Shown piece after piece: positions 39,201 to 51,681 of a DNA stretch of 64,000 bases. Positions within the stretch are counted from its first letter, which is position 1. The number at the start of each line of letters is the position of its first letter. Origin of the DNA: Cetorhinus maximus. Its lineage: Eukaryota. A program made the position numbers and the translations under genes. The DNA lies in the NCBI RefSeq assembly GCF_964194155.1, contig NC_135886.1, forward strand, positions 5,146,001 through 5,210,000, given 5' to 3'. Under the pieces are notes generated by a model, which did not search any database, was not told where the DNA came from, and saw only the letters and a list, made by a program, of their open reading frames with translations.

Positions 39201-40903
39201 TAAATTTCTTAGATTCCTCACTGGTATGTGCTCAACAGATCAGAGAGTGGACAAGTTGGGACCCAGCCCTACCTCAAGTACGAGAACAAGTGTTACAGGG
39301 TTGCTCACAGGAGCCCATATTTGATTAAATGAAACCGCACTTCAACAGAAGACGTGAAATAACCAGCCAGGATGTGGTATTGTGGGGAGTACGAGTGATA
39401 GTTCCTCCAAAGGGAAGGGAGCCGCTTTTAATTGAACTACAAAGTGCCCATCCAGGAATTTCCTGAATGAAGACCATTACATGCAGCTGTTTATGGTGGC
39501 CAGGGATGGATGGCGAAATAGAGAGTTTGGTAAAGAATTGTGGGCAATGTCAGCAACTGCAAAAGTTGCCAGTGACAGCTCTGTTACACCCATGGGAGTG
39601 GCCAGATAGACCCTGGGTGCGGTTACACATTAACTACATTGGACCTTTCCTGGGAACAATGTTTCTGCTCATTGCTGAAGTCCTTTCAAGGTGGCTGGAT
39701 GTATATGAGGTGAAGTCACCAACGTCGTCCGCTACAATTGAGAAACTACATCAGAGTTTTGCCATTCATGGACCACCAGAAGTAGTCATTTTTGATAACA
39801 GCACGGCATTTATGAGTGCTGAGTTTCAACGGTTTATCAGCCTCAACAGTATCACTCATGCGAAAACTGCACCGTACCCACCCTTACTCAAACGGACTGG
39901 CCGAAAGGGCGGTTCAAATGTTCAAGGCAGGCATGAGAAAGCTAACTGGTGATTCCTTGGCAACCAAGCTAGCTCACTTTCTTTCTCATTACAGGACCAC
40001 CCCTCACACAACAACAGGTGTCACACCTGCGGAGTTATTGTTGAAACGCCGTCTCAGGACGAGATTGAACTTAATAATACTGAATTTAGAGGGGAAGGTG
40101 GAAAGGAGTCAGGGAAGCCAGAAAACTACATACGACTGGCATAGTCATGAGAGGAAATTTACCGTGGGAGGACTGGTGTACGTGATAAACTTCGGGGAAG
40201 GATCAAAGTGGTTACTGGGTGAAATAAGTGCGGTGACTGGACCTCTAAATTACCACATGGGGGTGGAAGGCCAGATCAGCCGTAAACATGTGGACCATTT
40301 AAGGAGGACAGAGACAAATCACCAAGATTTGGTTCCACCAGTGACCATGACCGGGTCTGTGTTTCCTGCTGAGGATACACAACCCAGGATTGACATGTCT
40401 GATGTTCCTGTAAGAGTTGAAGATACTGAACTGTAAGTGCCCACCGAAGCACCTGATGTTCAGGCAACTCCGGAAAAGGAGGTTCCTGACAAAGAATCTG
40501 AAGTTGTGGAGCTGCGACATTCCACATGTACCAGGAAACCACCTGAAAGACTGAACTTGTAAATTCCTTAGCTATGAAAATATTTTATTGCCTTGAAAAA
40601 TATGTACTTGTAAATATAATATGTAGACAAGTTAAAGGGGGAGGAATGTAGTAATGATGGTTTTATTTAGTGTGTAATATACCTTTAAGAATAATGCTTG
40701 TTAGGAAGGACCACATGATCTGTAGTAACCAATAGGAGAGTAGCGCGGGCTACCTCAGCAGACGATGTAGAGATAGAGTTGGAGTTGAAAGCACACGTGT
40801 AGTTGCTGCTGAGCATGTTGTAAATAAACTTAATGTTTCCACCCAAGAAGTGTCTGCAGTTCAACTCTTTTACTAATAGTACAACTCAGCCACCCTTACA
40901 ACA
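36217..40903 (+). mobile_element. Ty3/Gypsy LTR retrotransposon, defective, lacking RT
   Basis: 5' LTR 36217-37120 (MITE-interrupted), 3' LTR 40647-40903 (tgta...aaca), degenerate PBS (caggcgatgagg), PPT aaagggggaggaa, TSD gggtc/gggac; gag remnants, protease VDTGAS, integrase (WWPGMD..CxxC, HPYSNGLAERAV). Confidence 0.95.
36399..37048. mobile_element. Harbinger-type MITE inserted in the Gypsy 5' LTR
   Basis: Absent from the 3' LTR (cttaatgtttcc is contiguous there); ends gggaggatttt / acaatcctgccc; probable TSD aat. Confidence 0.85.
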
Positions 40904-42211
40904 GGGACACTGTTTAAAAATAAGGGGTCACTCATTTAAGACAGAGATGAGGATAAGCTTTTTACTCTCGGGGGGTTGAGAGTCTTTGGAACTCTATTCC
41001 TCAAAAGGTGGTGGAAGCAGAGCCTTTGAATATTTTTAAGGCAGAGCTGGATAGATTCTTGATTAACAAGGGGGTGACTTGTTGTCGGGGGTAGGCAGGA
41101 ATGTGGGGTTGAGGTTACATTCAGATCAGCCATGATCTTATTGAATCGCAGAGCAGGCTTGAGGGGCCGAATGGCCTACTCCTGCTCCTAATTCATATGC
41201 TCGTATGCACATTCCATTTTTCACACTCATACATCTCTTCAGTTTCCTCCTTGCAGGAGAAGACAGCACAGAACCCCAGGGAGAGACAGAAAACCGGAGG
41301 TGACCCTCCGGCCATCTGCATACTGACAGCTTCAGATAAGGAATCACTGGAGATAAGCTGATCCTCAGTGTGCCTTACCCTCAGGGATGGAGATTCAGGG
41401 GCCTCCAGATGCCGGGAGGTAGAATTAACCATCACACAGCCACATGACATACAAATCTCACTTATTGACTTTATGTTAGTAGCCACTCAAATATGCTAAT
41501 ATACACATTGATGATTTATCACTTTATTTGACAGCTCTAATTCATGTCTTAAATCATCTCCCAGAGGACTTTGAAGCATCCTGTAGGAGGTGGTGCAGGA
41601 AGAGGAAGGAGAACCCTCAGAGGTAGCCACTCACTCTGGGGATGCACCGTCACAGGACCATGCACACTGCCCACTAGCACTGTGAAAGCACACTTTCAGA
41701 ACAGGCCTGTGAGTAAAAGGCATTCAACTGGGCAAGGAAACAGGTGTGAGATCTCAGTATTTAAAGGATTTCCAGCCTGTCACTTGTTCCGTCCCCTCAA
41801 ATTCCGCTGCCCTCTTACTTTGGTATCCTTGGCAAGTTTTGTGAAACATGTGCGCACACAGTTAAATTCAGAAATCCCAGTTAAAGCAGCTGAAAATGAG
41901 GTCTTTGGGTATTAAAATTGCCACTCTACTGCCCCATGGTAGAGTTTGCCACACACAGCAAAACGAGCTGAAGTTAAAGGTGGAAGTTTGGGGGTTGTCC
42001 CCATTTTCTTGATGCATCGCCAGTATTGCCCCTTTTAACCAGCTGCACCAAACCCACTCACATTTTTTCCCAAGTTGAAACTCTCCCCATTGTGTTTTGG
42101 GGTATGTTTAAATGTATGTTTTGTAGTAATCATTCTGCTCTGGTAAAATGTTAATGCACTTAATATTCTGAATATAAAGTACAGCACAAGTACAGCAAAT
42201 ATACAGTACAA

Positions 42212-43812
42212 CACCAACTTGGGCAGCGAATTCCAGACACCCACTACCCGCTGCGTAAAAAAGTTCTTCCTCATGTCCCCCCTACACCTTCTGCCACTTA
42301 TCTTGAATCTATGTCCCCTGGTTCTAGAATTCTCCATCAAGGGAAACAATTTTATCCTGTCCACTCTATCTATTTCCCTCATAATTTTGTATACCTCAAT
42401 CAAGTCACCTCTCAGCCTTCTTTGTTCTAAGGAAAATAACCCCAACCTATGCAATCTCTCCTTGTAGCTACACTTTTTTAACCCTGGCAACATTCTTGTA
42501 AACCTCCTCTGCACTCTCTCCAGAGCTATTACGTCCTTCCTGTAATGTGGTGACCAGAACTGCACACAATACTCCAGTTGTGGCCTCACCAGTGTTTTAT
42601 ACAATTCCAACATTATATCTTTACTTTTATATTCTATACCTCTGCCAGTGAAGGAGAGCATTCCATATGCCTTCTTTACAACCTTGTCTACTTGAACTGC
42701 TGCCTTCAGGGACCTGTGTACTTGTACACCAAGATCTCTCACTTCATCTACCCCTCTTAGTGTATTCCCATTTATTGTGTAATCCCTGTAACTGTTTGAC
42801 CTCCCTAAATGTATGACATCACACTTCTCTATGTTAAAATCCATCTGCCACTTTACCGCCCACTCCACCAACCAATCTATATCGTTTTGGAGATTATGGC
42901 TATCCTCTACACTATCCACTACTCCGCCAATCTTTGTGTCATCTGCAAATTTCCCAATCATGCCCTCCACGTTCATGTCCAAATCATTAATATATAACAC
43001 AAACAGCAAGGGTCCCAACACCAAGCCCTGTGGAACACCACTTGAGACAACTTTCCATTCGCAAGGGCATCCATCGACCATTACCCTTTGTTTCCTGTTA
43101 CAAAGTGAACCTTTTATCCAGTTTGCCACATTACCCTGAATCCCATGAGCTTTTACTTTCCTGACCAATCTGCCATGTGGGACCTTGTCAAATGCCTTGC
43201 TAAAATCCATGTACACAACATCCACTGCACTACCTTCATCAACCCTTCTTGTCACTTCCTCAAAGAATTCAATCAAATTTGTGAGGCAAGACCTTCCTTT
43301 AACAAATCCATGCTGACCATCCCTGAATAGTCCATGCCTTTCCACATGACAGTTAATCCTATCTCTCAGGATTGATTCTACTAATTTGCTCACCATTGAT
43401 GTAAGACTAACTGGCCTATAATTGTTTGGCATTTCCTTTGATCCCTTTTTAAACTACGTTTTCATTTCTCCAGTCCTCCGGTACCTCCCCTATATCTAGT
43501 GAAGATTGGAAAATCATCCTCAGAGCATCTGCTATCTCCTCCCTGACTTCCTTCAGCAGTCTCGGAAACAATCCATCTGGCCCTGGTGACTTATCCACTT
43601 TCAAGGATTTCAGCCCTTCGAGTACTTCCTTTCTCTTTATGACTATCCCGTCCAATATCTCGCAGTGTTCCTCCTGGATTACTATACCTACATCCTCCCT
43701 TTCCTTTGTAAATACGGAGACAAAATATTCATTCAAAACCCTTCCCACAGCCTCTGCATCTACACACAAGTTTCCATCTTCATCTCTGATAGGTCCCACT
43801 TTTTCCTTAACA
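42212..43812 (-). mobile_element. Relatively young CR1 LINE segment with long open RT frame, truncated at both ends
   Basis: About 400 uninterrupted RT codons ([43 protein letters not shown]); one frameshift near 43440; no 3' UTR or tail. Confidence 0.95.
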
Positions 43813-44032
43813 TTTTCCTTTTAGCATTAATGTCAATAAAAAGTCCCCTCAAAAAATGATCTCAATATAAGACAAAATGAGTGCACGTTTACTTCAGAAA
43901 CATTTTGTTATGGTTCTGCTATCCTTTCTGAAATATAAGGAGCAGATTATAAAGAATTCCTCCAAATGTTTTGTGCTTAAACTTAAATGCACAGAAATGA
44001 TTCAAATCAACAACTTACCAGTTTTTAATCAC

Positions 44033-44132
44033 CTATATTTTCAGTTTGACAAAAATGGCCCAAACGAGGAGAATGATGAAGAATGCCCAACGTAAGATGC
44101 TCCATATAAAATAGTACAGATATTTATTTTGC
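44033..44132 (-). CDS. Gene B exon 4: transmembrane segment with Arg, minimal tail, stop codon
   Basis: ctacctacctag|G, phase 2; RQNKYLYYFIWSILRWAFFIILLVWAIFVKLKI*; donor CTG|gtaagt 14 nt after the stop (exon ends 44019). Not shown in the ORF track. Confidence 0.88.
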
Positions 44133-44631
44133 CTAGGTAGGTAGGAGACAAAATGGTTTCATCAAGATAGTTTTCTGAATCCACAGAGTTAACTTGGATG
44201 TGTGATTGATTTAGTTACACTTGTGGCTGAACTTATCTGGTTTCGTGCTCCTGGGCATCTGGCTAATTACTGTACTGTACACACTTTGACCTGTGATAGT
44301 CCATCCATTTAAATTAGTGAGGACCAAGCATTGAGTTGGAAGGTGCACTACGTCCCAGCTGTAGCCTGTGCCAAGAGTGATGAAGCGGCAAATGTCCTGT
44401 TTGCTTTTCTCAATAGATGTGGTAACCTAATGGCAGCAGAGCATCGTGGGTCAGCTTCTACTGATCTCTTCCTGCTATGAAACTACTTGCTTTGATTAAA
44501 AGCAAAATAGAAAAGGAGGAAATGGTCAGTCAGCAGTGCTGGATAGATCAGCTGAGATGAACCTTTCAGATATAGTCTCTTCGTCAGAACTGAAATGTTA
44601 CCTTGTCTGTTTTCTCCACAGATGCTGACTG

Positions 44632-44935
44632 ATCTATTTCCCTTAGCAGAAAGGTCAAAAACCAGGGGGCATAGATTTAAAGTAATTGGTTGAAGGATTA
44701 GGAGGGAGTTGAGGACGGCTAGTGTGGATATGGAACCCACTGTTTGAAAGGGTGTAGAGGCTGAAGCCCTCACTGTATTTAAAATAAATGCTTCGATGTG
44801 CACTTGAAGTGCTCTGACTTACAGGGCCGTGGACCAAGAGGTGGAAGGTGGGATCAGGCTGGAATGCTCTTTTTTTGGCAGGCACAGGCATACTGGGCTG
44901 AATGGCCTCCTTCTGTTCCCTTTTTCTACGTTTCG
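44632..44935 (+). mobile_element. CR1 3' fragment flanked by degraded Penelope-like pLTR pieces
   Basis: ctatttcccttagcaga...ggggcatagatttaaagtaattgg...gggctgaatggcctccttctg. Confidence 0.7.
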
Positions 44936-45608
44936 AACTGTTAAAATGAGTAATGTCTTTTCCAAAATTTCCTGATTTTGTTTCTGAATTCCAGCATCTA
45001 TGGGATTCTGCTTTTTGTTCTCATTAAGATGGATTTTTATGTCTTGATTTAAACATGCAACCGGCGCTGTGAACAAAAGATGACAGTGGGCTGCTGCTGG
45101 TGGGTTTTAAGCACAATACTTACTGGTAACAAAAAGACATGGGGTAATCTTAGCCTCACGCTGTGGGCAAGAAACACATGGGGTGGGGCAGAACACTGCT
45201 TTTACACTGGCCATTAAAATTCCTGTAGGGAGCTGGTTGTAAAGCCAATATTGCACCTAATCCCATTAGTTTTTTGACAGACTCGTTGGATTAAAATTGC
45301 CTCCCAAACAAGATAAACTACTTTCTTTAACATATTTCTTGCAAAATTTGATAAACTGCAGGACTCAAGGGTGTATCAGGCTTGAGCGGACCTCCACCAC
45401 GCTAAGCAATGGACGAATGATGTGAAATTTCAATCCATGGGAATTTAGTGCCTGGAATTTCTGCGGCCGATCTCCCATTGCGATGGTTGTTTGTACCTTT
45501 TCATTCAGGATTTTGCCAGTCTCCTGTCAAAGTTATGGCAGAAGAGTGGGGAAAAGCCTCATTAGAGACTGTGAACTAGATCTTTAACTAAAATGAAGCA
45601 GCAATTCA

Positions 45609-45932
45609 GGGGATATGTTGGCAGAGTGGTAATGTCACTAGCCTAGTAATCCAGAGGCCCAGATTAATCCTCTGGGGACATGGGTTCAAATTCCACCATA
45701 GCAGCTGGTGGAATTTAAACTCAATTCATTAAATCTGCCATTGAAAGCTAGTCTCAGTGGTGGTGACCATGAAACTATCATAGACTGTCCTCACTAATGT
45801 CCCTTTAGGGAAGGAAATCTCCTGGCCTGGCCTACATTTGAATCCAGACTCAAAGCAATGTGGTTGACTCTGAAATGGCCCAGGAAGCCACTCAGTTTAA
45901 GACCAATTAGGGAAGGGCAGTAAATGCTGGCT
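45609..45932 (+). mobile_element. tRNA-derived SINE
   Basis: A box tggcagagtggt, B box gggttcaaattcc; matches 62321-62702. Confidence 0.8.
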
Positions 45933-45994
45933 GTCGTAATCTACAAAAGAAAACAAAAAGCCCTGGAAATTCTTTCAGATTCAATTTGATGATT

Positions 45995-46185
45995 ATTTTT
46001 TCTTTATTCATTCAGGGGTTGTGGGCTTCGCTGGCTGGGCCAGCATTTATTGCCCATCTCTAACTGCCCTTGAGAAGGTGGTGGTGAGCTGCTTTCTTGA
46101 ACCGCTGCAGTCCATGTGGCGTAGGTACACCCACAGTACTGTTGGGGAGGGAGCTCCAGGATTTTGACTCAGTGACAGTGAAGGA
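45995..46185 (-). mobile_element. LINE 3' end (same family as 4082-4392)
   Basis: tttattgcccatctctaactgcccttgagaaggtggtggtgagc...gtaggtacacccacag. Confidence 0.75.
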
Positions 46186-46526
46186 TTTTGGTGGCTAAAG
46201 GATGGCAAAAATACATCATTGGTGCAACAGGGGATTCACTTCTGAGTGCATGAGGCAGCCAGCTGATAGTGCTGTCTTTCCTGACTTTTATTTCTATTGA
46301 CTTCAACTGGAGAGATTTGCCAGTCCATTATCACGCATGATGGATTATCGCATAAGGTCAGAAATATCCCGTTTTGGTTCCGATATGAGTGTCCAAAATG
46401 CAATTCCTCCAGCCACATTGTCATCCCACTCATTGGGCAATCGTCCACCTGCAGCTTCCCAGAGAAACGATTTAAGTCCCTCATAACGTGATGGGACGTG
46501 GATCACTTTTTACACTTGGAAACATA

Positions 46527-49500
46527 GGGAGGAATTTTCCATTCGAGGCCTAAGTCCGATGGTGGAATGGGAACTGGGAGTGTTTCCTGCCGTGGAGGCC
46601 GGTAGGAATTTGTGCTGAATTATGTGGTGCTGGCCTAATTAATTATGCAGCCGGGGGTTTGCCGATGTATGGCACGGCGGGGCAGGCTGGATGGCGTGTG
46701 CCACCCCATCATATCCGGGCACCATATTTTAAAGGCATCTGAACAGCAACTTCTTCCATACCCACTGCTGAAGGAGGAGATGCCTGTCGATCAAGGGGGA
46801 TCTCCAGCCCCCACGTTCAGTGACTCTTCCCCCCGATGTGCTGCTCAATGCAGTGGAGGCCAATGGGGTGTGTTCTACCCTGAGGATGGAAGGAGGAGGC
46901 CGAGCCATATGACCAACCCTGCGTGGGAGGAAGTCCCCGGGATGGTCAGTGCTCAGGGCCTCCACCAGAAAAGACTGTCCTGCAAGGCTGGAAACAGATG
47001 AATGATCTCAACTGCGCCACCAGGATAAGTGGAGCCTCAACTGCTCACACTCGCCTCACTGAATAGGAGAAGGCACATGGGCCTCAGTGGCAAGAGCACC
47101 ATCCGTGCAGCTCATGCATTAAAGAGCTACTCAACGTGACAAGGTGATGCCTCCCAGCCCCACTGCAGTCCATCCAGTCTGCAGGTGGAGAGGCCACTGT
47201 GGGTCCCTGTCCCTTTCACACAGAGAGCTCAGATGCTGTCTGGGAGGGGGAGGGGGGGGAAAAGGGGATTAGATGTTAAGGGCACCAGCAATCACCGCTA
47301 ATGAAATGCCTCTGTGAGCCTTATCCTTCCACCTCCATGGGCTCAGCACTCTGGAGGGTGCAGCCCGGGAACCCTTGTGAACAACCTGCAGTGCATCAAT
47401 CACACGGCACAAAATCCAATGGGTTATTTGTAAGACTGGGAGCGCGAGAAGGAAACTTGATCCCTAATTGCTTTCAACCCCACCTCTCTTTGAGAAAAGT
47501 TGAGGCACAACAGGAGAGGTAGAGAGAAGACGGGAGGGGGCCTTCCTGAGTTTGAGCCTCACTGAGTTTGAGGACTAGGCAGCCCCGCTGGCAGGGGAAG
47601 AACCGGACTGAGCCTGAGCGGATAGAGAGGTCAGAGGGCGGCCTCGGTCCAGTAAGGAGCCATGTATAATATAGTCACATAGAAAGCTAAGGTTTATGTG
47701 TTCCTCTATGTTGGAGACAGCTCGCCTGCTCCTATCTTACTTACAGGTGCCAGCAGGAAGAGGGTAAGGGAAGAAGCGGAGACCCTGCCCAGCAGTTCCT
47801 CCAGCCCACACAGGATTGAGGATATTGGGGAGGAGGAAGAAAGTGCACCTGTAGCAGTCACCTGCACCCTCCACCAGCACAGAGAGACACACCTCAGTGG
47901 GTACTAAACATAGTTCAGGCAGGACCTCACATTCTGGTGGTCACCGCACAGACATGTGTCCACAGGGTCAGCCAAGCTCACTGGCACTCGGCGGACTGCT
48001 GGGGAAGAGGTACCTGTGAAGCCCAAGTCAGAGGACGAGCCTCTGGGATGGGCCCTGCGAGAGGTGGGCAACATCAGGCAGAGGTGTCGGAGGCCCTCAA
48101 CAGAGCAACACGTGAGGCAAAGGAGTCCATCCCCCTGCTAGCTGATGAAGTGGTGCCGACATGTGCACGCGTCGAGGTCTCCACAGGGAGATGGAATGCC
48201 CAGTTTCTTCTGGAGATGCGCGTAGATCTGCAGTGCATTGCTGTAGCCATGGTTAAGCTTTTGCAGTGGCTATGTGAGATGGGGCCGGGGCACCTCGACC
48301 TCCCTCCAGGCACTCCTGCTCCTCAAGGAGTCAGGCAGGGGCCTTCAGGCGCCCAAAGGGAGGAGGCGTGGCTGTTGGGCCTCACTGGGACACTCTCTCA
48401 GGACTCTCGGAGAACGCCAAGCCTTCGGAATCCCCCTTGCCTGTGACCCCCTCTCAGCTCCGCCCTCTGTGACTGCAGAGGGAGCAGCTGCCCCACAGCA
48501 GGACAGCCAAAGTAAGCCGGCGCCCTCCAGGCCTCAGGTCTCCAGAGGGGATGCCCACCAAAATCCTCTAAGAAAACAGGGCAAACTAGTTATCAAGCTG
48601 TCTCCATCTCTGCTGTGGCTGTCGGGGGAGCACCTAGAAGTAGTGGCAGGAAACGCAAGATTAAATCTTGCTTTCATGTGGTTGCGTGGGTGCACTGTGA
48701 TTGTTAATGCTATGACACATTTCTAACTTTAATGAGGTCGGATGTGGGTTATCTGCGATTCATAGCCCTTAAGCCTGTGCACACCACACCACTCACACTC
48801 CCCATTGCATTAGACAAGGAGGACAGGAATGAAGAGGTGGGATGGACTGGAGGCTTGTGGGGTCGGTGGGGGGTGTGGGGCAGGAGAGATTGGGCTTAGT
48901 AAGGGAAAGAGAGAGATGCTGCAGGAGTTGTAGAATGAATGAGCTGGTATGGAGTGGGAGTCTGGAAAGGGCAATAATGGAGCATTGGTGGTGGGGGGAG
49001 GGATGGGGGTGGGGCTGGTGTGAGGTCTGCAGGTGTGAACAGGCAAGAGGGGATTCCTGTCCTCCTTGTCTAATTCCCCCCGCCAGCACAGACCATTGCC
49101 GCCCAACTGTACCTCATGCAGCCAAAAGCCTGTCGTGAGAAGATCCACTGCCGGGAAGCTCCTGCGGCTAGAAGACCCTCGGGATTGACGCTCCACCCAC
49201 CCACTGCTGCACATGGTGCTCCAGGGTACACAGTCACTGGAGGCCTCCATCTTCTACTGTCTGCAAGTTGCCCCATGGCCTCTCCTTCCAGGTGAGCAGT
49301 GACTTGTCCACGACACATTAGTCCAGCATCGTGGAAAGTTGGACAAGGGGGGGACAATTCCGGTCGGGCCTTCATCTGTATCCCATTAATGGGATGCAAA
49401 ACGGCTTCCTGCTGACCTCTGGTGGGAATGGCGACCCCGCCATGATGGGCATTTCCGCTGTCATTTTGCATGGACGAGAAACTAGTCTTTTAGCTCCTGC

Positions 49501-49562
49501 CACATTGTGCCCCCCCCACCTCCCCCACCCCCCGCCAGTGGGGGGGCTGGAAAATTCTGCCC
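46527..49562 (+). mobile_element. Non-autonomous Harbinger derivative retaining Myb/SANT gene remnants only
   Basis: TIRs gggaggaattttcca / tggaaaattctgccc; exact TSD ata; inserted in the tail of a CR1; PAPTFSDSS...NPAWEEV...MNDL. Confidence 0.85.
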
Positions 49563-50440
49563 ATAGAAAATTGGAACAGGAGGAGGCCTTTCGGCCCAGC
49601 ATATCTGTGTCTGCCACAAAAGAAGAGCATCCCAGCCTAATCCCACCTTCCAGCTCTTGGTGCATAGCCCTGTAAGTTCAGGCACTCAAATGCATATCCA
49701 AGTATTTTAAAAAATACATTGAAGGTCTCTGCCTTTACCACCCTTTCAAGCAGTGAGCTCCATATCCCCACCATCCTCTGGTGAGAAACCTATCCTAAAC
49801 TCCCCTTTAAACCTCATACCAATTTCTTTAAATCTATGCCCCCAGTTTTTGACCTCTCTGTTGAGGGAAATCCACTCTCTCTGGCCCCTCATAATTTTAT
49901 ATGACACAATTAAATCTCCCCTCAGCCTCCTCTGTCCAAAGGAAACAACCCCAGCCCACCCAATCTTTCCTCATGAAGGTTCCCGCAAGGGGGCTGGGGG
50001 GTGGGATGTGAAGGTATGAGAGGGAGGGGAACCTGTGGTGGTGGGGGAGTAAAACTTTGGGAGGACCCTGTGATGGGCCCAGAGGGCCTGTTAATGAGGG
50101 ATGTCCCTGCCCAAAGCCAGGCCATGCGCTTGGTGTGGGTCTCTTCCCTGCCACTGGTTAAATCCCAGTGATGGCAGGATGAGACCCTAAGTGGACATTA
50201 AATGCCCACCAAAGGGACTCAGTTGACCCACAGGCGCTGACATACCACCACCATTGGTAAAATTGCAATGGGGGCAGGAGTGGGAATTGTTGTAATATGC
50301 CTTTAAGGGATAGCACCAGGACATCACTAGAAGGGAAGTGTGTCATGTAATCCAGTCTTAGTTCCACTTCTGCCTGTGATATTCTTCAGTCCTGGCAACA
50401 CCCTCATAAACCTCCTCTGTGCCCTCTCTTTAGTGTGATC
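49563..50440 (-). mobile_element. CR1 3' fragment interrupted by a local inverted duplication (49977-50380)
   Basis: CR1 stops at caatctttcctcat (49974) and resumes at attcttcagtcctggcaaca (50381). Confidence 0.75.
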
Positions 50441-51310
50441 ATGATTGTGTAGAGACAGAATAATTGTTCAGAATAGACCAGTTTAAATAGGCATGACATT
50501 TACCTTAGGATTTCCTCATCTGATGGAGAGATTGAAAGAAGTGCTTTGGGACCTGTAAGAAATTATATAAATAATTGTTATTAAATTATACTGCCAAATT
50601 GTGTTACACATCAGTCTAAGTCAACAGAGATAAATTTCTTCAAATTTGTGATGAAAAAAAGTGGAAAGTTTCATGAGCAGAATTAGTACTGAAATTATAT
50701 ATTTTGGTCTGAATTTAATGCTCTCCTGCATTTTGGTTTGAAGGAGGGGATGGCATTTTAAATGCAGTGGGTGGCGTGCATGCTGCCTACCTGACTGTTG
50801 TGTTGTTATAATGATATAGGCACCAATCACTCATAAGGGATTGTGTAAAAACGTTGTTGGTTCATTTACTGAGAACAGGCAGATGAGAATATTTATACAA
50901 AGGAAGAAAGCTTGAAGACATCAGAGCTGTGCTGCCTTTTGATCACAGGCAGTGATGTCATGCTGCTATCCCTTAAAGGCATATTACACCAATTCCCACT
51001 CCTGCCCCCATTGCAATTTTACCAATGGTGGGGATAGTGTCAGTGCCTGTGGGTCAACTGAGTCCCTTTAGTGGGAATTTAATGTCCACTTAGGGTCTCA
51101 TCCTGCCCTCACTGGGATTTAACCAGTGGCAGGGAAGAGGCCCATACCAAGCGCATGGCCTGGCGTTGGGCAGGGACAGCCCTCATTAACAGGCCCTCTG
51201 GGCCCATCATAGGGTCCTCCCCCGCTACCCCAGGTCCCCCACCCTCCCATGGCTTGTGGCCTCTCATACCCTCGCATTCCCCCCCCCCCAAAGCCCCCTT
51301 GCGGGAACCT
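49977..51310. repeat. Inverted repeat pair, arms 49977-50380 and 50942-51310, bracketing gene B exon 3
   Basis: For example ccattggtaaaattgcaatgggggcaggagtgggaattg versus caattcccactcctgcccccattgcaattttaccaatgg. Confidence 0.9.
50504..50552 (-). CDS. Gene B exon 3: short stalk exon
   Basis: tttcttacag|GT...CTAAG|gtaaatgt; 49 nt, phase 1 to 2; GPKALLSISPSDEEIL. Confidence 0.85.
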
Positions 51311-51681
51311 GCAAGACCGCCAAACTCTCACCCGTTGCGACCTCCTCCTGGCCTGAAGCACCAGTGGCCAGCAACTCTCTGAGGGGGAACTTCAGGGGTG
51401 GAAATCCCACCTCTAGTTTATTAGTGGCCAATCTGCTGGGCGGGCTCCCCCCTACCCCCGATGTTTTAGCCGGTGAGTTGGGGGCTGCAGCTCCCTGTTC
51501 AATCCAACCCAGTTTGTTATTTGTCATGATTCTGCTGGCGCACTCTTTACAGGATTCTAACTTACCACTGCAAAGCTTTGGAAATGTTGCAGAACATATA
51601 CTAAAACATACTGCAAACGTTATAAACTCGAAACTATACAGCTGAAAATGCCCAAAATAAACAAAAACATTCAGATCCTAC

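Larger units (their letters stand above)
35115..41195 (+). mobile_element. CR1 LINE split by a Gypsy insertion (pieces 35115-36216 and 40904-41195)
   Basis: ORF with [26 protein letters not shown]; sequence continues colinearly after the 3' LTR to the tail ggcctactcctgctcc. Confidence 0.92.
34450..41980 (+). mobile_element. Old Harbinger remnant (Myb/SANT gene pieces) split by a CR1 insertion; its own sequence is about 34450-35112 and 41196-41980
   Basis: Left TIR ggactggattttaac; APNFTDTPLEMML; FNDLIRTGK|gtgagt; resumes at ccttgcag|EKTAQNPRERQKTGG (41257). Confidence 0.7.

Noticed and set aside
42035-43432. 465-aa ORF: CR1 RT ending in a hydrophobic TM-like tail (LVLYCIFAVLVLYFIF)
   Set aside because: The tail is read-through into T-rich flank after 3' truncation of the CR1; endonuclease absent and upstream frameshift; no sign of a domesticated gene.
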